DNA from: an uncultured virus (IMG/VR IMGVR_UViG_2850972752_000004)
Taxonomy: Duplodnaviria > Heunggongvirae > Uroviricota > Caudoviricetes
Virus record (IMG/VR): IMGVR_UViG_2850972752_000004
Length of the DNA stretch: 64,000 nt
Reading direction: 5' to 3' (one strand)
Part shown: positions 26,654 to 36,929 of the stretch, one piece after another
Layout: the number at the start of each line of letters is the position of its first letter
Position numbering within the stretch: the first letter of the stretch is position 1
Notes under the pieces: generated by a model
The model's database searches: none
Told to the model about the DNA's origin: nothing
What the model saw: only the letters and a program-made list of their open reading frames with translations
Program-made: the position numbers and the translations under genes

Positions 26654-27028
26654 TTAATAGAGAACTTCAAGGTCCAGGCTGTACCAGGCCCGGTTTTCGG
26701 TGGTGTATCCGGGCCCGATCGTCTCTCCGATTGCCCGAACAGATGCTGCGCCACAGGGGACGCTGTCGCCAAGCGCTGCCTGCGCCAGGGTCTCGATTGA
26801 GTTGCCGACGTCGACAACGTGTTTCCGGACGCCCTTCGGGCCGAGGAGGATCACCTTGAACCGCAGGCGGCGAATGTCGACCTGGGTCGGGGGGCCTCCG
26901 GTTTGCTGGATCGCTGCGATGAATGCCGAGTCGAGCGAGGGGTGGTCAACCCACATCCCGCGGCTGTACTGGTAGCCCTCGCCCAGGATCGAAGCCAGCC
27001 AATCCTGGAAGGCGTCGTAGGGGGTCAT
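26654..27028 (-). CDS. tail terminator / completion protein
   Basis: Synteny just upstream of the tail tube gene. Confidence 0.7.
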   Translation of the reverse strand: MTPYDAFQDWLASILGEGYQYSRGMWVDHPSLDSAFIAAIQQTGGPPTQVDIRRLRFKVILLGPKGVRKHVVDVGNSIETLAQAALGDSVPCGAASVRAIGETIGPGYTTENRAWYSLDLEVLY

Positions 27029-27429
27029 ACGCGGTAGGTCCTGCGGAGGATGGCCGGGATGGCTGGAATGATCTGGTCAAAGCCCTTCGTGAGAAATTCA
27101 GGCTCCGCATTCGGGTCCCAGTAGTCCCCCCGGCTATGGTCATTCTCGTCCCGTGGCTGGCCGGCGAGAGTGCCTGGTGCTTCGTGGACTGCTGCTGCGT
27201 AGGCAGCGGTGTAACCGACGCTCCCCTCGACCCCGTTGGAGCCAACAGTGATCTGGGGGGCCGTTTGACTGTTGACGAGAGTCGATGTGTCGATCGGCGT
27301 CATGGTCTGTGCCATTGCGGCGCCCTGGCTCAGTACCTCGTAAACTGCGCGCTCGGAAACACCGCCGGCGATGTTTTCGACAGCCACACGAAGATTCCGC
27401 CGGACGCGGTCGATTCCTTGGATTGCCAT
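27025..27429 (-). CDS. neck protein (HK97 gp10-like)
   Basis: TPIDTSTL.NS, VGYTAAYAAAVHE. Confidence 0.8.
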   Translation of the reverse strand: MAIQGIDRVRRNLRVAVENIAGGVSERAVYEVLSQGAAMAQTMTPIDTSTLVNSQTAPQITVGSNGVEGSVGYTAAYAAAVHEAPGTLAGQPRDENDHSRGDYWDPNAEPEFLTKGFDQIIPAIPAILRRTYRV

Positions 27430-27430
27430 G

Positions 27431-27751
27431 TCAGGTCACCAGCAGAAAGTCCGGCTGTTCGCCGAAGAAGCTCATGTCCCAGTTCGTCACCGAGCGAATC
27501 TCTTCCCAGCCGTTGGATCCGTCGAACTGGATCAGGTCCAGGTACTTCGGCCGGCGGTCCTCGGTGAATATCTGGTGGCGCGATACGAATTCGGCGCCGC
27601 TGTTGTCGCGGACCTGCTCTCCCTTCGCTACCCAGGTGCAGGCGATTTCGTACTCAGGGCCGTAAACGGCCTCCTGGGTCGAAAGGTCGAAGTGCAGGAA
27701 TGGCCGAACCGTCGCCGTGTTGGTGTAACTCCAATTCGCTGTCGTGCTCAT
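27431..27751 (-). CDS. head closure protein
   Basis: Synteny in the head-tail joining cluster. Confidence 0.7.
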   Translation of the reverse strand: MSTTANWSYTNTATVRPFLHFDLSTQEAVYGPEYEIACTWVAKGEQVRDNSGAEFVSRHQIFTEDRRPKYLDLIQFDGSNGWEEIRSVTNWDMSFFGEQPDFLLVT

Positions 27752-28149
27752 GAGTCACCACACATGCAGCCGCCTCGTGCGATCCAAAGGCCGCCGTGTG
27801 CGGTTTGGGTTGGATTCGGCGGGATCAGTCCCGTCGCACATCCGTACTTGTCCAGGGCGTTCAGCAGGGCCAACTGCGCCTTCCAGCGATCAGCAAAGGC
27901 CTGGTAGCGGAACGATCGAGAAGCGCCGGATGGGGCCGTCTGGCTGCTGATGTACTTGTCGGCCTGGGCCAGCGCAAACAGCGCCAGCAGGTAGGCCTGA
28001 ATCAGCAGCGCCGTCGATGCCGGGTAGTGGGCATCCAGACATTCTTGAACCTGCTGCAACTGCTCGATCCACGCCGCGAGGATGAAATCGGGCACGTTGT
28101 CGATGCCCTGGCTCTGCAGGTACTCCCGGGCCTGTTCAACTGTGATCAT
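27748..28149 (-). CDS. head-tail adaptor
   Basis: ISSQTAPSGASRSF, LDKYGC; synteny. Confidence 0.7.
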   Translation of the reverse strand: MITVEQAREYLQSQGIDNVPDFILAAWIEQLQQVQECLDAHYPASTALLIQAYLLALFALAQADKYISSQTAPSGASRSFRYQAFADRWKAQLALLNALDKYGCATGLIPPNPTQTAHGGLWIARGGCMCGDS

Positions 28150-28233
28150 GTCCGATTCCTGGAAGAAGAAGGCCCCATTTCTGGGGCCAGAAACGACGAA
28201 GCCGCCCGCAGGCGGCCTCTCGTCACGCACCGG

Positions 28234-28692
28234 TCACTTGGCCGGGAACAGCTTCGCCAGTTCGCCCTCCGGCAGCAGGGCGGCAAGCGCTTCCTCGCCC
28301 TGGCGGCCATCGAACTCGATCTTCAGCTCCTTCAGGCGCGCTTTGATCAGCTCGCGGCGCTCGCTACCGTCCGGGATCGCCGGGGTCAGGGTGCCGGCCT
28401 GGGCCTTGGCCTGCTCCCGGATACTCGCTGCTTCCGCGTTGGCTGCGGCGATGATGCCTTCGGCCTGGGCCTTGGCTTCGTCGATCATGGCATCGACGGA
28501 TACACGCGCTTCGGCGAGAGCTTGCCTGGCCGCTTCGTCGACCTGGGCCGAAACGTCCAAGGTCAGGCTTCCGTTCCTGAGTGCGCCAACCTCGCGCACG
28601 TTCGGCAGGAGCGCAGCGGCAAGTGATTCGAGCTCCAGCACCTGACCCTTGGAAACGCCGTTCCAGGGCTTGATCACCTCATACTTGGGCAT
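28234..28692 (-). CDS. hypothetical virion-associated protein
   Basis: 152 aa, right after the capsid gene, RBS GGAG. Confidence 0.7.
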   Translation of the reverse strand: MPKYEVIKPWNGVSKGQVLELESLAAALLPNVREVGALRNGSLTLDVSAQVDEAARQALAEARVSVDAMIDEAKAQAEGIIAAANAEAASIREQAKAQAGTLTPAIPDGSERRELIKARLKELKIEFDGRQGEEALAALLPEGELAKLFPAK

Positions 28693-28702
28693 GTCGCTCT
28701 CC

Positions 28703-29794
28703 TTACGCCAGGTTGGCGCCGTAGATCACGCCGGACAGACCTTCGTCGTCCTTCTTCACCTGGATGCCCATGGCGCTCATGATCTGGAAGTTGTAGTTGA
28801 CCTGCGGCAGCGGGCGCGGCAGCGGGATAACACCGGTAGCCATGCCGACCAGCGGGGTGACCACGTCGCGGCGGCGCTGGTAGCCCAGGAACTCGTTGCC
28901 CGACAGGGCGAAGGTCTGGCGAACCGCGCGCGCCGGGATGAACGGGGTGATCAACTGCAAAACAGTGCCGCCGCTCAGGATCGTGCTACCACCGATTGCC
29001 ACGGTTGCCGGGCGGTTCATGTTGCCCCAGATTTCCGGGGACACCCACAGCACATCATAGGCATCTACCTTGTTGTTGCGGGCAGCCTGGCCGAAAGCGC
29101 CGGTGGTGAAGAACGCAGCCAGTTGCTCCTGGGTGGCGGTGGTCAGGTCGATGTTCGCGCCGCCGGCGCCGGAGCCCAGGTTGACCTTGATGGTGTTGCG
29201 GTGATTGCGCAGACCCTGAGCCGGGTAGTTCTCGACTTGGATGTTGGTGGCGCCGTCCAGGGTGTAGGCAACGATCCGCTTGTTGAACTTGCGGAGCTTC
29301 GCAGCCTGCGAGTCCAGAACCAGGTCGATGCCGACGGTGTTCATGCCGGCAGCATGGCGCCAGTTGACACCGTAGCCGGCGGTGAACACCGGAATGGGGT
29401 CGCCATCAGAGTTGTACTCGGTGTGATCGAAGGAGTACGGGGCCTGACCGTCGATGCTCACCGACACGTCATCGGCGATGTCGCCGACCACGTTGTAGAG
29501 CTTGGCACTCTTGCCGATCGGCAGAACGGTCTGCACCTGCAGGAGGTCGTTGACGATCTCCATGCCGGTCTCCTGGTTGCGGTACTGGATGATCTGGGCG
29601 TCGATCTCTGCCCAGAACTCACGACCCAGGCCGGCCAGCGCATTGCAGGCCAGCATTCCCGGGGTCATGGCGCCGCGGTGCTCGGCGAGCATAGCGGCGT
29701 TCTGGTTGTTCCAGATGCTGCGGTTGGCCTGCAACTCCTGGTAGTGGCCCATCAGGCGAGGATGGGCGGCGATTGCTTGCTGGGTGAGGAACAT
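28703..29794 (-). CDS. major capsid protein
   Basis: 363 aa; position after the scaffold and decoration genes; strong codon bias. Confidence 0.88.
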   Translation of the reverse strand: MFLTQQAIAAHPRLMGHYQELQANRSIWNNQNAAMLAEHRGAMTPGMLACNALAGLGREFWAEIDAQIIQYRNQETGMEIVNDLLQVQTVLPIGKSAKLYNVVGDIADDVSVSIDGQAPYSFDHTEYNSDGDPIPVFTAGYGVNWRHAAGMNTVGIDLVLDSQAAKLRKFNKRIVAYTLDGATNIQVENYPAQGLRNHRNTIKVNLGSGAGGANIDLTTATQEQLAAFFTTGAFGQAARNNKVDAYDVLWVSPEIWGNMNRPATVAIGGSTILSGGTVLQLITPFIPARAVRQTFALSGNEFLGYQRRRDVVTPLVGMATGVIPLPRPLPQVNYNFQIMSAMGIQVKKDDEGLSGVIYGANLA

Positions 29795-29809
29795 GTGTCC
29801 GTACTCCTA

Positions 29810-30259
29810 TTAGGGCGCCGGGGCGGCGACACTGCCGACACGGAAGCGGATGCGGATGAAGTCGGTTTCGCCGGAGGCAATGACTGCATCGTCCTGGCTG
29901 TACCCGAGGACCGTGTCGGTATCGCTCGACGCGATGGCACCCTGGCCGCTGGTGCCGAGCTTGATCGGCGTGTCCTTCTTGTAGGTGCCGGCCGGGCACA
30001 GCACGGCGAGCTCGCGACCCTCTTCGACGTAGTTGCCCACGGCCGAATGGCCGGCGGGAACCTCATCGCGGATGTTGAGTCCTTCGTGGTGAGCGCAGTC
30101 GATGACGTAGAGGCGGCCGACGCTGGCGATTGCCTGGGCAAACAGGTCGCTGCCATTGATCACGGCGAACGTGCCGGGCAGGAGTGCCGCGGCGGTCTTG
30201 CGGGTTTCGGTCTTGAACAGCGACTTGCCGTCGATGTTCACGCGACGATAGCGAGACAT
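29810..30259 (-). CDS. head decoration protein
   Basis: 149 aa, beta-rich, directly upstream of the capsid gene. Confidence 0.75.
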   Translation of the reverse strand: MSRYRRVNIDGKSLFKTETRKTAAALLPGTFAVINGSDLFAQAIASVGRLYVIDCAHHEGLNIRDEVPAGHSAVGNYVEEGRELAVLCPAGTYKKDTPIKLGTSGQGAIASSDTDTVLGYSQDDAVIASGETDFIRIRFRVGSVAAPAP

Positions 30260-30262
30260 GGC

Positions 30263-31540
30263 TTACTCCTTCGGCAGGTTGGCGATATCGGCGGTGAGGC
30301 CGCCTTTGTCGGTGGCAGCATTGGCGCCCAGCGGAGCGGATTCGCCGCACTGCTTGAACATTTCCTTGAGCGCGTCGCCGGCCAGGCTGTTGGCGATGAC
30401 CTCGCCAAACTTGGCCTTGACCGCTTCGCGCATGCTGTCTTCCTCGGCGCGCTGGTTGGCGGTCAGCGTATCCGCCAGCGCCTTGTGATTGGCGACCAGG
30501 CCGTCGACCTTGTCGGCCAGGGGCTTGATGATGGTGTCCGCCAGTTCCTTGATAGCGTTGGAGGTGTTGGTGCCGATTTCCTTCACGATTTCGGCCTTTT
30601 CTTCGGGGGTCAGGGGCATGTCGCCCTCCTTCTCAGGTTGATCAGGCCGAGCCTGACGATGGGTGAAAATGTTCTTGATGCTGTTGGCCACCATGGCGAC
30701 CCAGGACTCTTGCCGGACAACGGTCTGGCCGGACTCGTCGAAGACGATCTTCCCTGCCTCGACCTTGTAGCCGTACACCTCGGTCACACCACCGTTGAGG
30801 CTGATCACGGCCTGGGAATCGGTGAAGTCGGCAACCCATGCGTACTGGTCGGAGCCGGAGGCGAATCGCTCCTTTGCGGCTCGGTCCAGGCGCTGCTCCC
30901 GCTCCCGGTAGGACTCGCCAACCAGAGCGCCGGAATTCGGCTGAAGCGGGACAGCCTGGTCGGCGTTTACCATCAGGCCGACGCCCTGCTCAGGAGTGGC
31001 CGCCCCTACTTCGTGCAGCAGGATCGCGTCATGGTCCATGCTCTGGATGTCGGCGACCCACTCCGCGCCCTGGGCACGCTGGCTTTCGTTCGGCTCTATG
31101 CGATTGAGGAATGCGGCAACGCTGGTATGGATCGGGGGAACGTCCTCCCCCTTCTCCAGCGCTTCGACGCGCTGCAACAGTTCACGGCCGCCCTCTGTGG
31201 ACTTGGCGAACTCGACGTCGACCCACTTCTCCATGTAGACCCGGTTGCCGGATTTCTTCACGTTGCGGTTCCAGGCGCCGACGTGGGCGGCGTTGATCCC
31301 TTCAGGCGAGAACGCAGACACGAACTTCCCGTCGACCATCGGGTGCCCGAGCGGCGCCAGCGTTCCCTCCAGGCCTGGGTAGTGCTTGTCGATCTGCTCG
31401 GCGGTGTAGAGACCACCGTTCATGACCACCCCGGCAGGCAGGGTGTAGCTCGGCAGAACCAGGTGTTCGCGCCCGTTGTAGGTCTCACGTCGAATACTGG
31501 CGCTGTTGACCTGGGTGGTGATGTTGACCTGCATGGGCAT
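30263..31540 (-). CDS. prohead protease/scaffold (DUF2213-like)
   Basis: TLAPLGHP, DHDAILL.E.GA..P..G.G...N; helical C-terminus with an internal RBS and ATG (MPLTPEEK). Confidence 0.82.
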   Translation of the reverse strand: MPMQVNITTQVNSASIRRETYNGREHLVLPSYTLPAGVVMNGGLYTAEQIDKHYPGLEGTLAPLGHPMVDGKFVSAFSPEGINAAHVGAWNRNVKKSGNRVYMEKWVDVEFAKSTEGGRELLQRVEALEKGEDVPPIHTSVAAFLNRIEPNESQRAQGAEWVADIQSMDHDAILLHEVGAATPEQGVGLMVNADQAVPLQPNSGALVGESYREREQRLDRAAKERFASGSDQYAWVADFTDSQAVISLNGGVTEVYGYKVEAGKIVFDESGQTVVRQESWVAMVANSIKNIFTHRQARPDQPEKEGDMPLTPEEKAEIVKEIGTNTSNAIKELADTIIKPLADKVDGLVANHKALADTLTANQRAEEDSMREAVKAKFGEVIANSLAGDALKEMFKQCGESAPLGANAATDKGGLTADIANLPKE

Positions 31541-31543
31541 GGC

Positions 31544-32473
31544 TCAATCCTCTTTCGCCCAGGGCCCGCGCCCTTTGGCTTTCATGACTTGGTAGTTGCG
31601 GCGCGCGCGCTCGACGATGGCCGGGACAACCGGGTTCCCTTCGTCATCGACCAGTACCTCGACCTGGCTGCACTTGCAATTTATTGGGTTTCCGTCTCGG
31701 CTGTACCATTCCCTCACCTCATCCGAGGTGTAGAGCCTGGCGTGCCTGTCCGCATGGGTGGCCCTAGTGCTGGGGGACAGGGCCGACATGTGCATCAGCT
31801 TTGACTGGACGCCGTAGTCGGCCTCAGCAGCGTCTTTCTCGTCCCAGCGAGCCCTTCGGAGTGCGGTAGTGACCTCAGTGCGGGCGATGCGATGACCTCG
31901 ACGCGCCTCGATGCCGGTCTGGGCAGTCAGGTCCCGCGCAATCTCGCGGGGATTCTTCCCGCGCCCCATGCCCTCGGCGAGAATGCGCGCCATGTCGGCC
32001 TTGACTTGGCCGGACAAGCCCTTCATCTCCTCGAACTCCCGGGCGCGAAGCAGTGCCATCCGCGCGCGGTAGGCGTCGGATCGAAGCAGGACATCCAGCG
32101 ATTCCCGGCCGGCGCGGTATGCAGGCGACTGCTGCGCCAGGTTGGCGTGGGTCTGCGCAGTCCCGCGGATGTAGGCAACCCCGACGTAGGACTCGAAGAA
32201 CCAGAGGTCACGCTCCCCGCCCTCTTGCAGGATCTCGTCGACCATCAGGTTGGTGTCGGCGAAGATCGCGGAGAGAAGGGCCTGGTCGAGACGGTAGGTG
32301 TACTGCTCGTTCACCACCGGCTGGGCCGGGATTCGATCCAGGGCGGCCACGTAGCCATCCCTGATCTTCCGCATGCGCCTGTCGAACTCGCGCATTGCGC
32401 CCCTTTCCAGGCGATCTACCCCGGTCGGGTCACTGCTGCTCGCCGGTAGGATCGGTGCGCGCGGCATCTTCAT
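31544..32473 (-). CDS. head morphogenesis protein (SPP1 gp7 / MuF)
   Basis: RIARTE, TR..H...H, NCKC motifs; after the portal gene. Confidence 0.9.
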   Translation of the reverse strand: MKMPRAPILPASSSDPTGVDRLERGAMREFDRRMRKIRDGYVAALDRIPAQPVVNEQYTYRLDQALLSAIFADTNLMVDEILQEGGERDLWFFESYVGVAYIRGTAQTHANLAQQSPAYRAGRESLDVLLRSDAYRARMALLRAREFEEMKGLSGQVKADMARILAEGMGRGKNPREIARDLTAQTGIEARRGHRIARTEVTTALRRARWDEKDAAEADYGVQSKLMHMSALSPSTRATHADRHARLYTSDEVREWYSRDGNPINCKCSQVEVLVDDEGNPVVPAIVERARRNYQVMKAKGRGPWAKED

Positions 32474-33800
32474 CCTCCGGTTCGGTGTCAGGTAGCGGAT
32501 CACCACCCTCGAGCGGGTCGTAGCCAGCCTCTTCGCGTATTTCCTCCGCCGTGAACACGGGCTCGCCAGTGCCGATCGCGGCGCTGTTGATCTCGCTCAT
32601 TGTCTTGGAGTTGGCCAAGCGCTCGGCCTTGGTCGGCACGGTGAGGTCATCCCAGATCGCGGTGAACTCGGCTTTCAGCGGAACCACGCCGATGCGCATC
32701 AGGTGCGCGAACAGGTCGTTGATCTCGAACGTCAGTTCTTGCACTCGGCGCGCCTGGCATCTGGCGTTGTGGTACTTCTGGTCCTCACTGCTCGCCCGCT
32801 CGCCGGTCTGCATGCCCACCAGAATCTTGGTCGGGATGTCGACGCCGGCGGCGGCGGTTTGCAGGTTGACGTTGTACGTAGGCCCAGGGTCCGAAACGGC
32901 GGACACCATCTGCGTGACGGTCGCCCCCTGGGTCGGGAGCAGGACATCGTTGCCGCGGTTTAGCTGACGCGCCGCCTCGTTGAAGCGTTCGTTGAGCGCA
33001 TCGATCGTCACCCCGTAGGTGCTGGCGATCTCGCCGAGCTGAATATCCTTGTCGAAGTTCAGCAGGAGCTGGCGTGCGGCGTTCTTCAGGAACGATTCGC
33101 CACTGCCTCCCTCAACCTTCTCCAGGCTGATGAAGGAGTTGTAGGCAGGCTCCAGGAAGCCGATTGCATCGCCGGTCCAGTCGCCGAGGATAAACACCCG
33201 ATCCGGATGGATATCCCGCACCAGGCCAGGGCGCCCGGCTTGGGAGGCCTCGGTGTATTCCCACATGGTGGGCTGCCCGTAGGTCTCGCTATCTAGCTTT
33301 TCGTCGAACGACTTCGGCTTAAGGCACCCAGCCCAGGCCGGGGTGACCTTCGCCAGGCCATTGACCTTTCCCGTGACAGGCCTATCCCACGGCTGGCTAT
33401 CCCTGATGTGCAGGAGCAACCCGGAATACCGACCCACCAAGCGGCGCCGGTCGGCTTCGGAGACAGCCCGCCAGAACCTGCCGCCTGCGATCAACGGCTT
33501 GTTCTTCCTCTCCCACTCGGTTTCGTCCTTGGAGCGGTCCTGATCGTCGCCCTCGATGACCTGCGGATTTGTCTTCCAGCACGTGGTGACGATCTTCTCG
33601 ACCGCGCCATGGGCGATGCCGCCCCGCCGGTACATGGTGTACAGGTCGTTGAACGTGATTTCCTGGGGAAAACCGTACTCGCACCATGCCTGCGGCCGCT
33701 TGGCGTCATGGCCGATACCCTGGTTCAGCAGGCTCATTCGCGCACGCGCGATAGCACTGCTCATCGCGTGATTGACCGCGAGGTCGAGTTTGTCAGTCAT
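32430..33800 (-). CDS. portal protein (DUF1073-like)
   Basis: YRRGGIAHGAV, IHPDRV, IP.KIL.G.Q.GERAS; follows terminase. Confidence 0.88.
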   Translation of the reverse strand: MTDKLDLAVNHAMSSAIARARMSLLNQGIGHDAKRPQAWCEYGFPQEITFNDLYTMYRRGGIAHGAVEKIVTTCWKTNPQVIEGDDQDRSKDETEWERKNKPLIAGGRFWRAVSEADRRRLVGRYSGLLLHIRDSQPWDRPVTGKVNGLAKVTPAWAGCLKPKSFDEKLDSETYGQPTMWEYTEASQAGRPGLVRDIHPDRVFILGDWTGDAIGFLEPAYNSFISLEKVEGGSGESFLKNAARQLLLNFDKDIQLGEIASTYGVTIDALNERFNEAARQLNRGNDVLLPTQGATVTQMVSAVSDPGPTYNVNLQTAAAGVDIPTKILVGMQTGERASSEDQKYHNARCQARRVQELTFEINDLFAHLMRIGVVPLKAEFTAIWDDLTVPTKAERLANSKTMSEINSAAIGTGEPVFTAEEIREEAGYDPLEGGDPLPDTEPEDEDAARTDPTGEQQ

Positions 33801-33802
33801 GA

Positions 33803-34000
33803 TCAGTCCGATTTCAGGATGAGGCCTGGCTTGTCCGTCTCGCGGACCAGTTCGACAGATGAGAGGTTGGGGTCGCGCCAGACCATCGTCCCTTCGGCGC
33901 CAGCGTTCTCGACCGCCACGGTGCGGGCGCAGGACGTGCAGCGAGCACGGACCACCATGGAGCGGCTGGTTGCGCGCTCCTTGAGGATGAAGATGGCCAT
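33803..34000 (-). CDS. small hypothetical protein between terminase and portal
   Basis: 65 aa with CxxC; tight coupling on both sides. Confidence 0.65.
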   Translation of the reverse strand: MAIFILKERATSRSMVVRARCTSCARTVAVENAGAEGTMVWRDPNLSSVELVRETDKPGLILKSD

Positions 34001-35463
34001 CAGCGGGCTCCGGGAAGAAGGATGCCAAGCGGCGCGGCTCCGCCCAATTCGGTCAAGGCGTAGACCATGGCATCCAGCCGGTCCGGCGACTTCTTCGCCG
34101 TCGCGGGGATGTACTCCATGAGCTGGTTCTCCAGCAGATAAAGCGCGCCTTGGTGAGCCACCCTGCCTTGCTCGTACAGGGCGGATATCGGCTCAGCACG
34201 GGCGAACTTTCCCTTGTTGGCGTGGATTCGGATGATTCGCCCCTTGAAACCCGCGTTCTTCAGGGTCTCTTCCGCCATGTCGCCGCCTTGGTTCGTCTCA
34301 ATAACGATCGCGTCGGCCTGGTGCTGCTCGTATGCAGCCATAGCCTTTTTCGCCCAACCGGCTGGTGAGTATTTCCCACTGTAATCGCCATCGACCGAGA
34401 ACTGGCGGGAGTCACCAGTACCGTAGGAACTCGCCGCCACGATCCCAGTTTCGTCGCTCTCGTCGCTGTTGGTGGCCTGAGGATCGATGGCCACCACGCA
34501 CCGCTTGCGGTCGGCCCTGATCTGCAATTGATGCGCCGCATTGATCAGTTGCTCGGTCCACAGCGCCCCCTCGGCGTTGAACCGCCGAGGTTTCTGCATG
34601 TACTGGGCTTCTGCGGTACGTCGATGCGAGAAAAGCGCTGTGCGGTGGCTCTCGTTGTGCTTGAAGGGCCATAGCCAGCCATCCGGAAGACCATGCTCGA
34701 TCGGGATCCCGTGAGTGTTTTCCGCTGGGTACGGCTCGCTGTTGTCGATGATCACTGGCAGGTTGAGGTGATGCCACATCTCCCCTGACCCACCTCGCAG
34801 AAGGTAGCCGCTCAGGTCGTGGTAATGGATCCTCTGCATGATGACGATCATCGGCGTCGTTTCCAGCGCCAGGCGGGACTTGATCGTCTCGTTGAATCGG
34901 CTATTCACGCCGTCACGAACAGTCTCGCTGTATGCATCGTCCGGTTTTACCGGATCGTCGATGATCAGCGCGCCCTGCCATCCAGGCTCCATGTGGCCGG
35001 CGCGAAACCCTGTCACCTGGCCGGCGGCGGACGATGCATAAACCCCGCCCCCATGCTCAGTCCACCACATAGCCTTGCTGTCGGCGTCATCTCGCAGCGA
35101 CATAGGCCACATGGCCTGATACGCCGAGGACTTCACCATACCGCGCGCCGTACTGGAGTTCAGTAGGGCCAGATTGTGCGAGTAGGACAGGTGCATGAAC
35201 CTGGCGCGGTTGTTCATCGCCAGGCCACGCCCGATCATGTTGATCGTCGCCAGCTCGGTCTTTGTGTATCCAGGAGGCACGTTGATGATCAGGCGCTGGA
35301 TCTCACCATCCACCACCCTGTCCAGCGTCTCCTGGATCACGCGGTGATGCGGCGCGACGATCATCTTCGAACCCATGCGCTGCTTGAAGAAGTAGCGCGC
35401 GAAGTAAAGGCCGTCCGCCTCGCACTCTACCTTTCGAGCGAGGGTAATGGGGTCAGCAATCAT
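34000..35463 (-). CDS. terminase large subunit
   Basis: INVPPGYTKTE (Walker A), LIIDDP (Walker B), AIDP, IETNQGG, PDRLDA nuclease motifs. Confidence 0.95.
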   Translation of the reverse strand: MIADPITLARKVECEADGLYFARYFFKQRMGSKMIVAPHHRVIQETLDRVVDGEIQRLIINVPPGYTKTELATINMIGRGLAMNNRARFMHLSYSHNLALLNSSTARGMVKSSAYQAMWPMSLRDDADSKAMWWTEHGGGVYASSAAGQVTGFRAGHMEPGWQGALIIDDPVKPDDAYSETVRDGVNSRFNETIKSRLALETTPMIVIMQRIHYHDLSGYLLRGGSGEMWHHLNLPVIIDNSEPYPAENTHGIPIEHGLPDGWLWPFKHNESHRTALFSHRRTAEAQYMQKPRRFNAEGALWTEQLINAAHQLQIRADRKRCVVAIDPQATNSDESDETGIVAASSYGTGDSRQFSVDGDYSGKYSPAGWAKKAMAAYEQHQADAIVIETNQGGDMAEETLKNAGFKGRIIRIHANKGKFARAEPISALYEQGRVAHQGALYLLENQLMEYIPATAKKSPDRLDAMVYALTELGGAAPLGILLPGAR

Positions 35464-36037
35464 CTTCCGCGAGCATCTCTCGGCGAGCCTGCATGTAGTC
35501 CTCCTTGGTCAATGTGGCAACTGCCAGAGGACCACCATCAGGACCGGAAACTTCATGCTTCGTCGCAGACTCCCATCCCTGCATCTTTGCCAGTTGCTGG
35601 ATGGCCTGCAAAGGGCTATGGGTCTTGATCCGAATGCCATCCTTCGTAGCAGCCAGTTCAGAGATTGCGGCCATCTTCTGCGGGTCTTGCAGGACGGAAT
35701 CTTTGATCTTCCATGCCGCCTGGATGACGGGCTGGCCATCCTGCTCACCGATCTCGTAGGAGCCGAACTCCACCAGGTCAGCCAGATCGGTACGGGCGAA
35801 TCTGGAAAGACGCTCCAGGGCCTCCTGACGGGTCATCACCGCATCGGTAACGGCGCTGGCATTCAGTTCTGCCATTCTTGCGGCAATCTTGGGGTTATCG
35901 ATCAACTCTTTTGCCGTACGATTTACGGTCTCAGGCTTCATGTTCTTGGCGTCGTAGCTGAGCCTGTACGCCTCACTGGCATTCCCCGTCTTCAGGTATG
36001 CCAGGCAAAAGGCTTCCTGTTTGGGTGTCAGCGCCAT
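35453..36037 (-). CDS. terminase small subunit
   Basis: LTPKQEAFCLAYL.TGNASEAYR. Confidence 0.93.
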   Translation of the reverse strand: MALTPKQEAFCLAYLKTGNASEAYRLSYDAKNMKPETVNRTAKELIDNPKIAARMAELNASAVTDAVMTRQEALERLSRFARTDLADLVEFGSYEIGEQDGQPVIQAAWKIKDSVLQDPQKMAAISELAATKDGIRIKTHSPLQAIQQLAKMQGWESATKHEVSGPDGGPLAVATLTKEDYMQARREMLAEDDC

Positions 36038-36300
36038 GAGAGGTCTCCACCGAATATCTGCCGGCGCCGGGACCAGGCGTAAAGTACGAGCCCAGCATGG
36101 AGGATCACCGAAAATGGATTAACCGGTGCGCCCTTCATGATTCCGTACAGGATTCCGAATGCACCACCAGCCACCAGGTAGAAGGAGATACCCAATAGCG
36201 GCTGCCCAGACAACTGGACGGTGCGCAGGAACTCCAGAGCAGCTACAACGACAAGCACACACAGCAGCGCATCCAGCGCCGCCAGAATCGACATGATCAT
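36028..36300 (-). CDS. putative holin/antiholin-like membrane protein
   Basis: 90 aa with three hydrophobic segments and a basic C-terminus. Confidence 0.65.
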   Translation of the reverse strand: MIMSILAALDALLCVLVVVAALEFLRTVQLSGQPLLGISFYLVAGGAFGILYGIMKGAPVNPFSVILHAGLVLYAWSRRRQIFGGDLSWR

Positions 36301-36302
36301 GA

Positions 36303-36635
36303 TCAGGTTCCTCTCGTAGGAAGGAACCGCTCTGTGATTGCCGTTACTGCCGCCTTCAGGCCGGGGATGATATTCATCGCCAGCAAACCAATGGTGAATG
36401 CGACACCACTCAGAAATGCGTCATCGAGTGGAATCTCGTACTCACGCGAAAGCCATGCGGCAACCGGAGCAGTCCAATAGGTTGAGCACCCGAATCCGGT
36501 TGCTACAGCGAGCGCGGCTTGCCAGCGGTTCAGTCCGCTCAGGAATCCAAGGGACAGAATCGACCCCCAGAACCCGGCAATAGCGACGCTGTACTTGGCG
36601 AAGAGACCTCCGCCAACGGTCGTCATCGGGTCCAT
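36303..36635 (-). CDS. putative holin
   Basis: 110 aa with three TM segments; first protein gene of the late operon. Confidence 0.7.
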   Translation of the reverse strand: MDPMTTVGGGLFAKYSVAIAGFWGSILSLGFLSGLNRWQAALAVATGFGCSTYWTAPVAAWLSREYEIPLDDAFLSGVAFTIGLLAMNIIPGLKAAVTAITERFLPTRGT

Positions 36636-36687
36636 TTGCTTACTCCAGATGCAGAAAAGCCCAGGTCATTGCCTGGGCCTTGTAGTG

Positions 36688-36763
36688 TGGTGCCGGCAGC
36701 AGGAGTCGAACCCGCAACCCTCTGATTACAAATCAGCAGCGCTCCCTGTTGCGCCATACCGGC
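36688..36763 (-). tRNA. phage tRNA-Thr (TGT)
   Basis: GCCGGTATGGCGCAACAGGGAGCGCTGCTGATTTGTAATCAGAGGGTTGCGGGTTCGACTCCTGCTGCCGGCACCA. Confidence 0.88.
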
Positions 36764-36767
36764 TTAT

Positions 36768-36841
36768 TGGCTGACGCGGAGGGATCGAACCATCGACCAG
36801 TCGGGTAACAGCCGACCGCTCTACCTCTGAGCTACACGTCA
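36768..36841 (-). tRNA. phage tRNA-Asn (GTT), T-arm one base short
   Basis: TGACGTGTAGCTCAGAGGTAGAGCGGTCGGCTGTTACCCGACTGGTCGATGGTTCGATCCCTCCGCGTCAGCCA. Confidence 0.8.
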
Positions 36842-36853
36842 TTGAATCGAGTT

Positions 36854-36929
<76 letters not shown>

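Noticed and set aside
28649..31804. 1051-aa plus-strand ORF
   Set aside because: Antisense shadow of the codon-biased capsid, decoration and scaffold genes; no motifs
32430..33800. Anti-CBASS (Acb1) label sometimes attached to DUF1073 proteins
   Set aside because: Size, motifs and position between terminase and MuF indicate the portal protein
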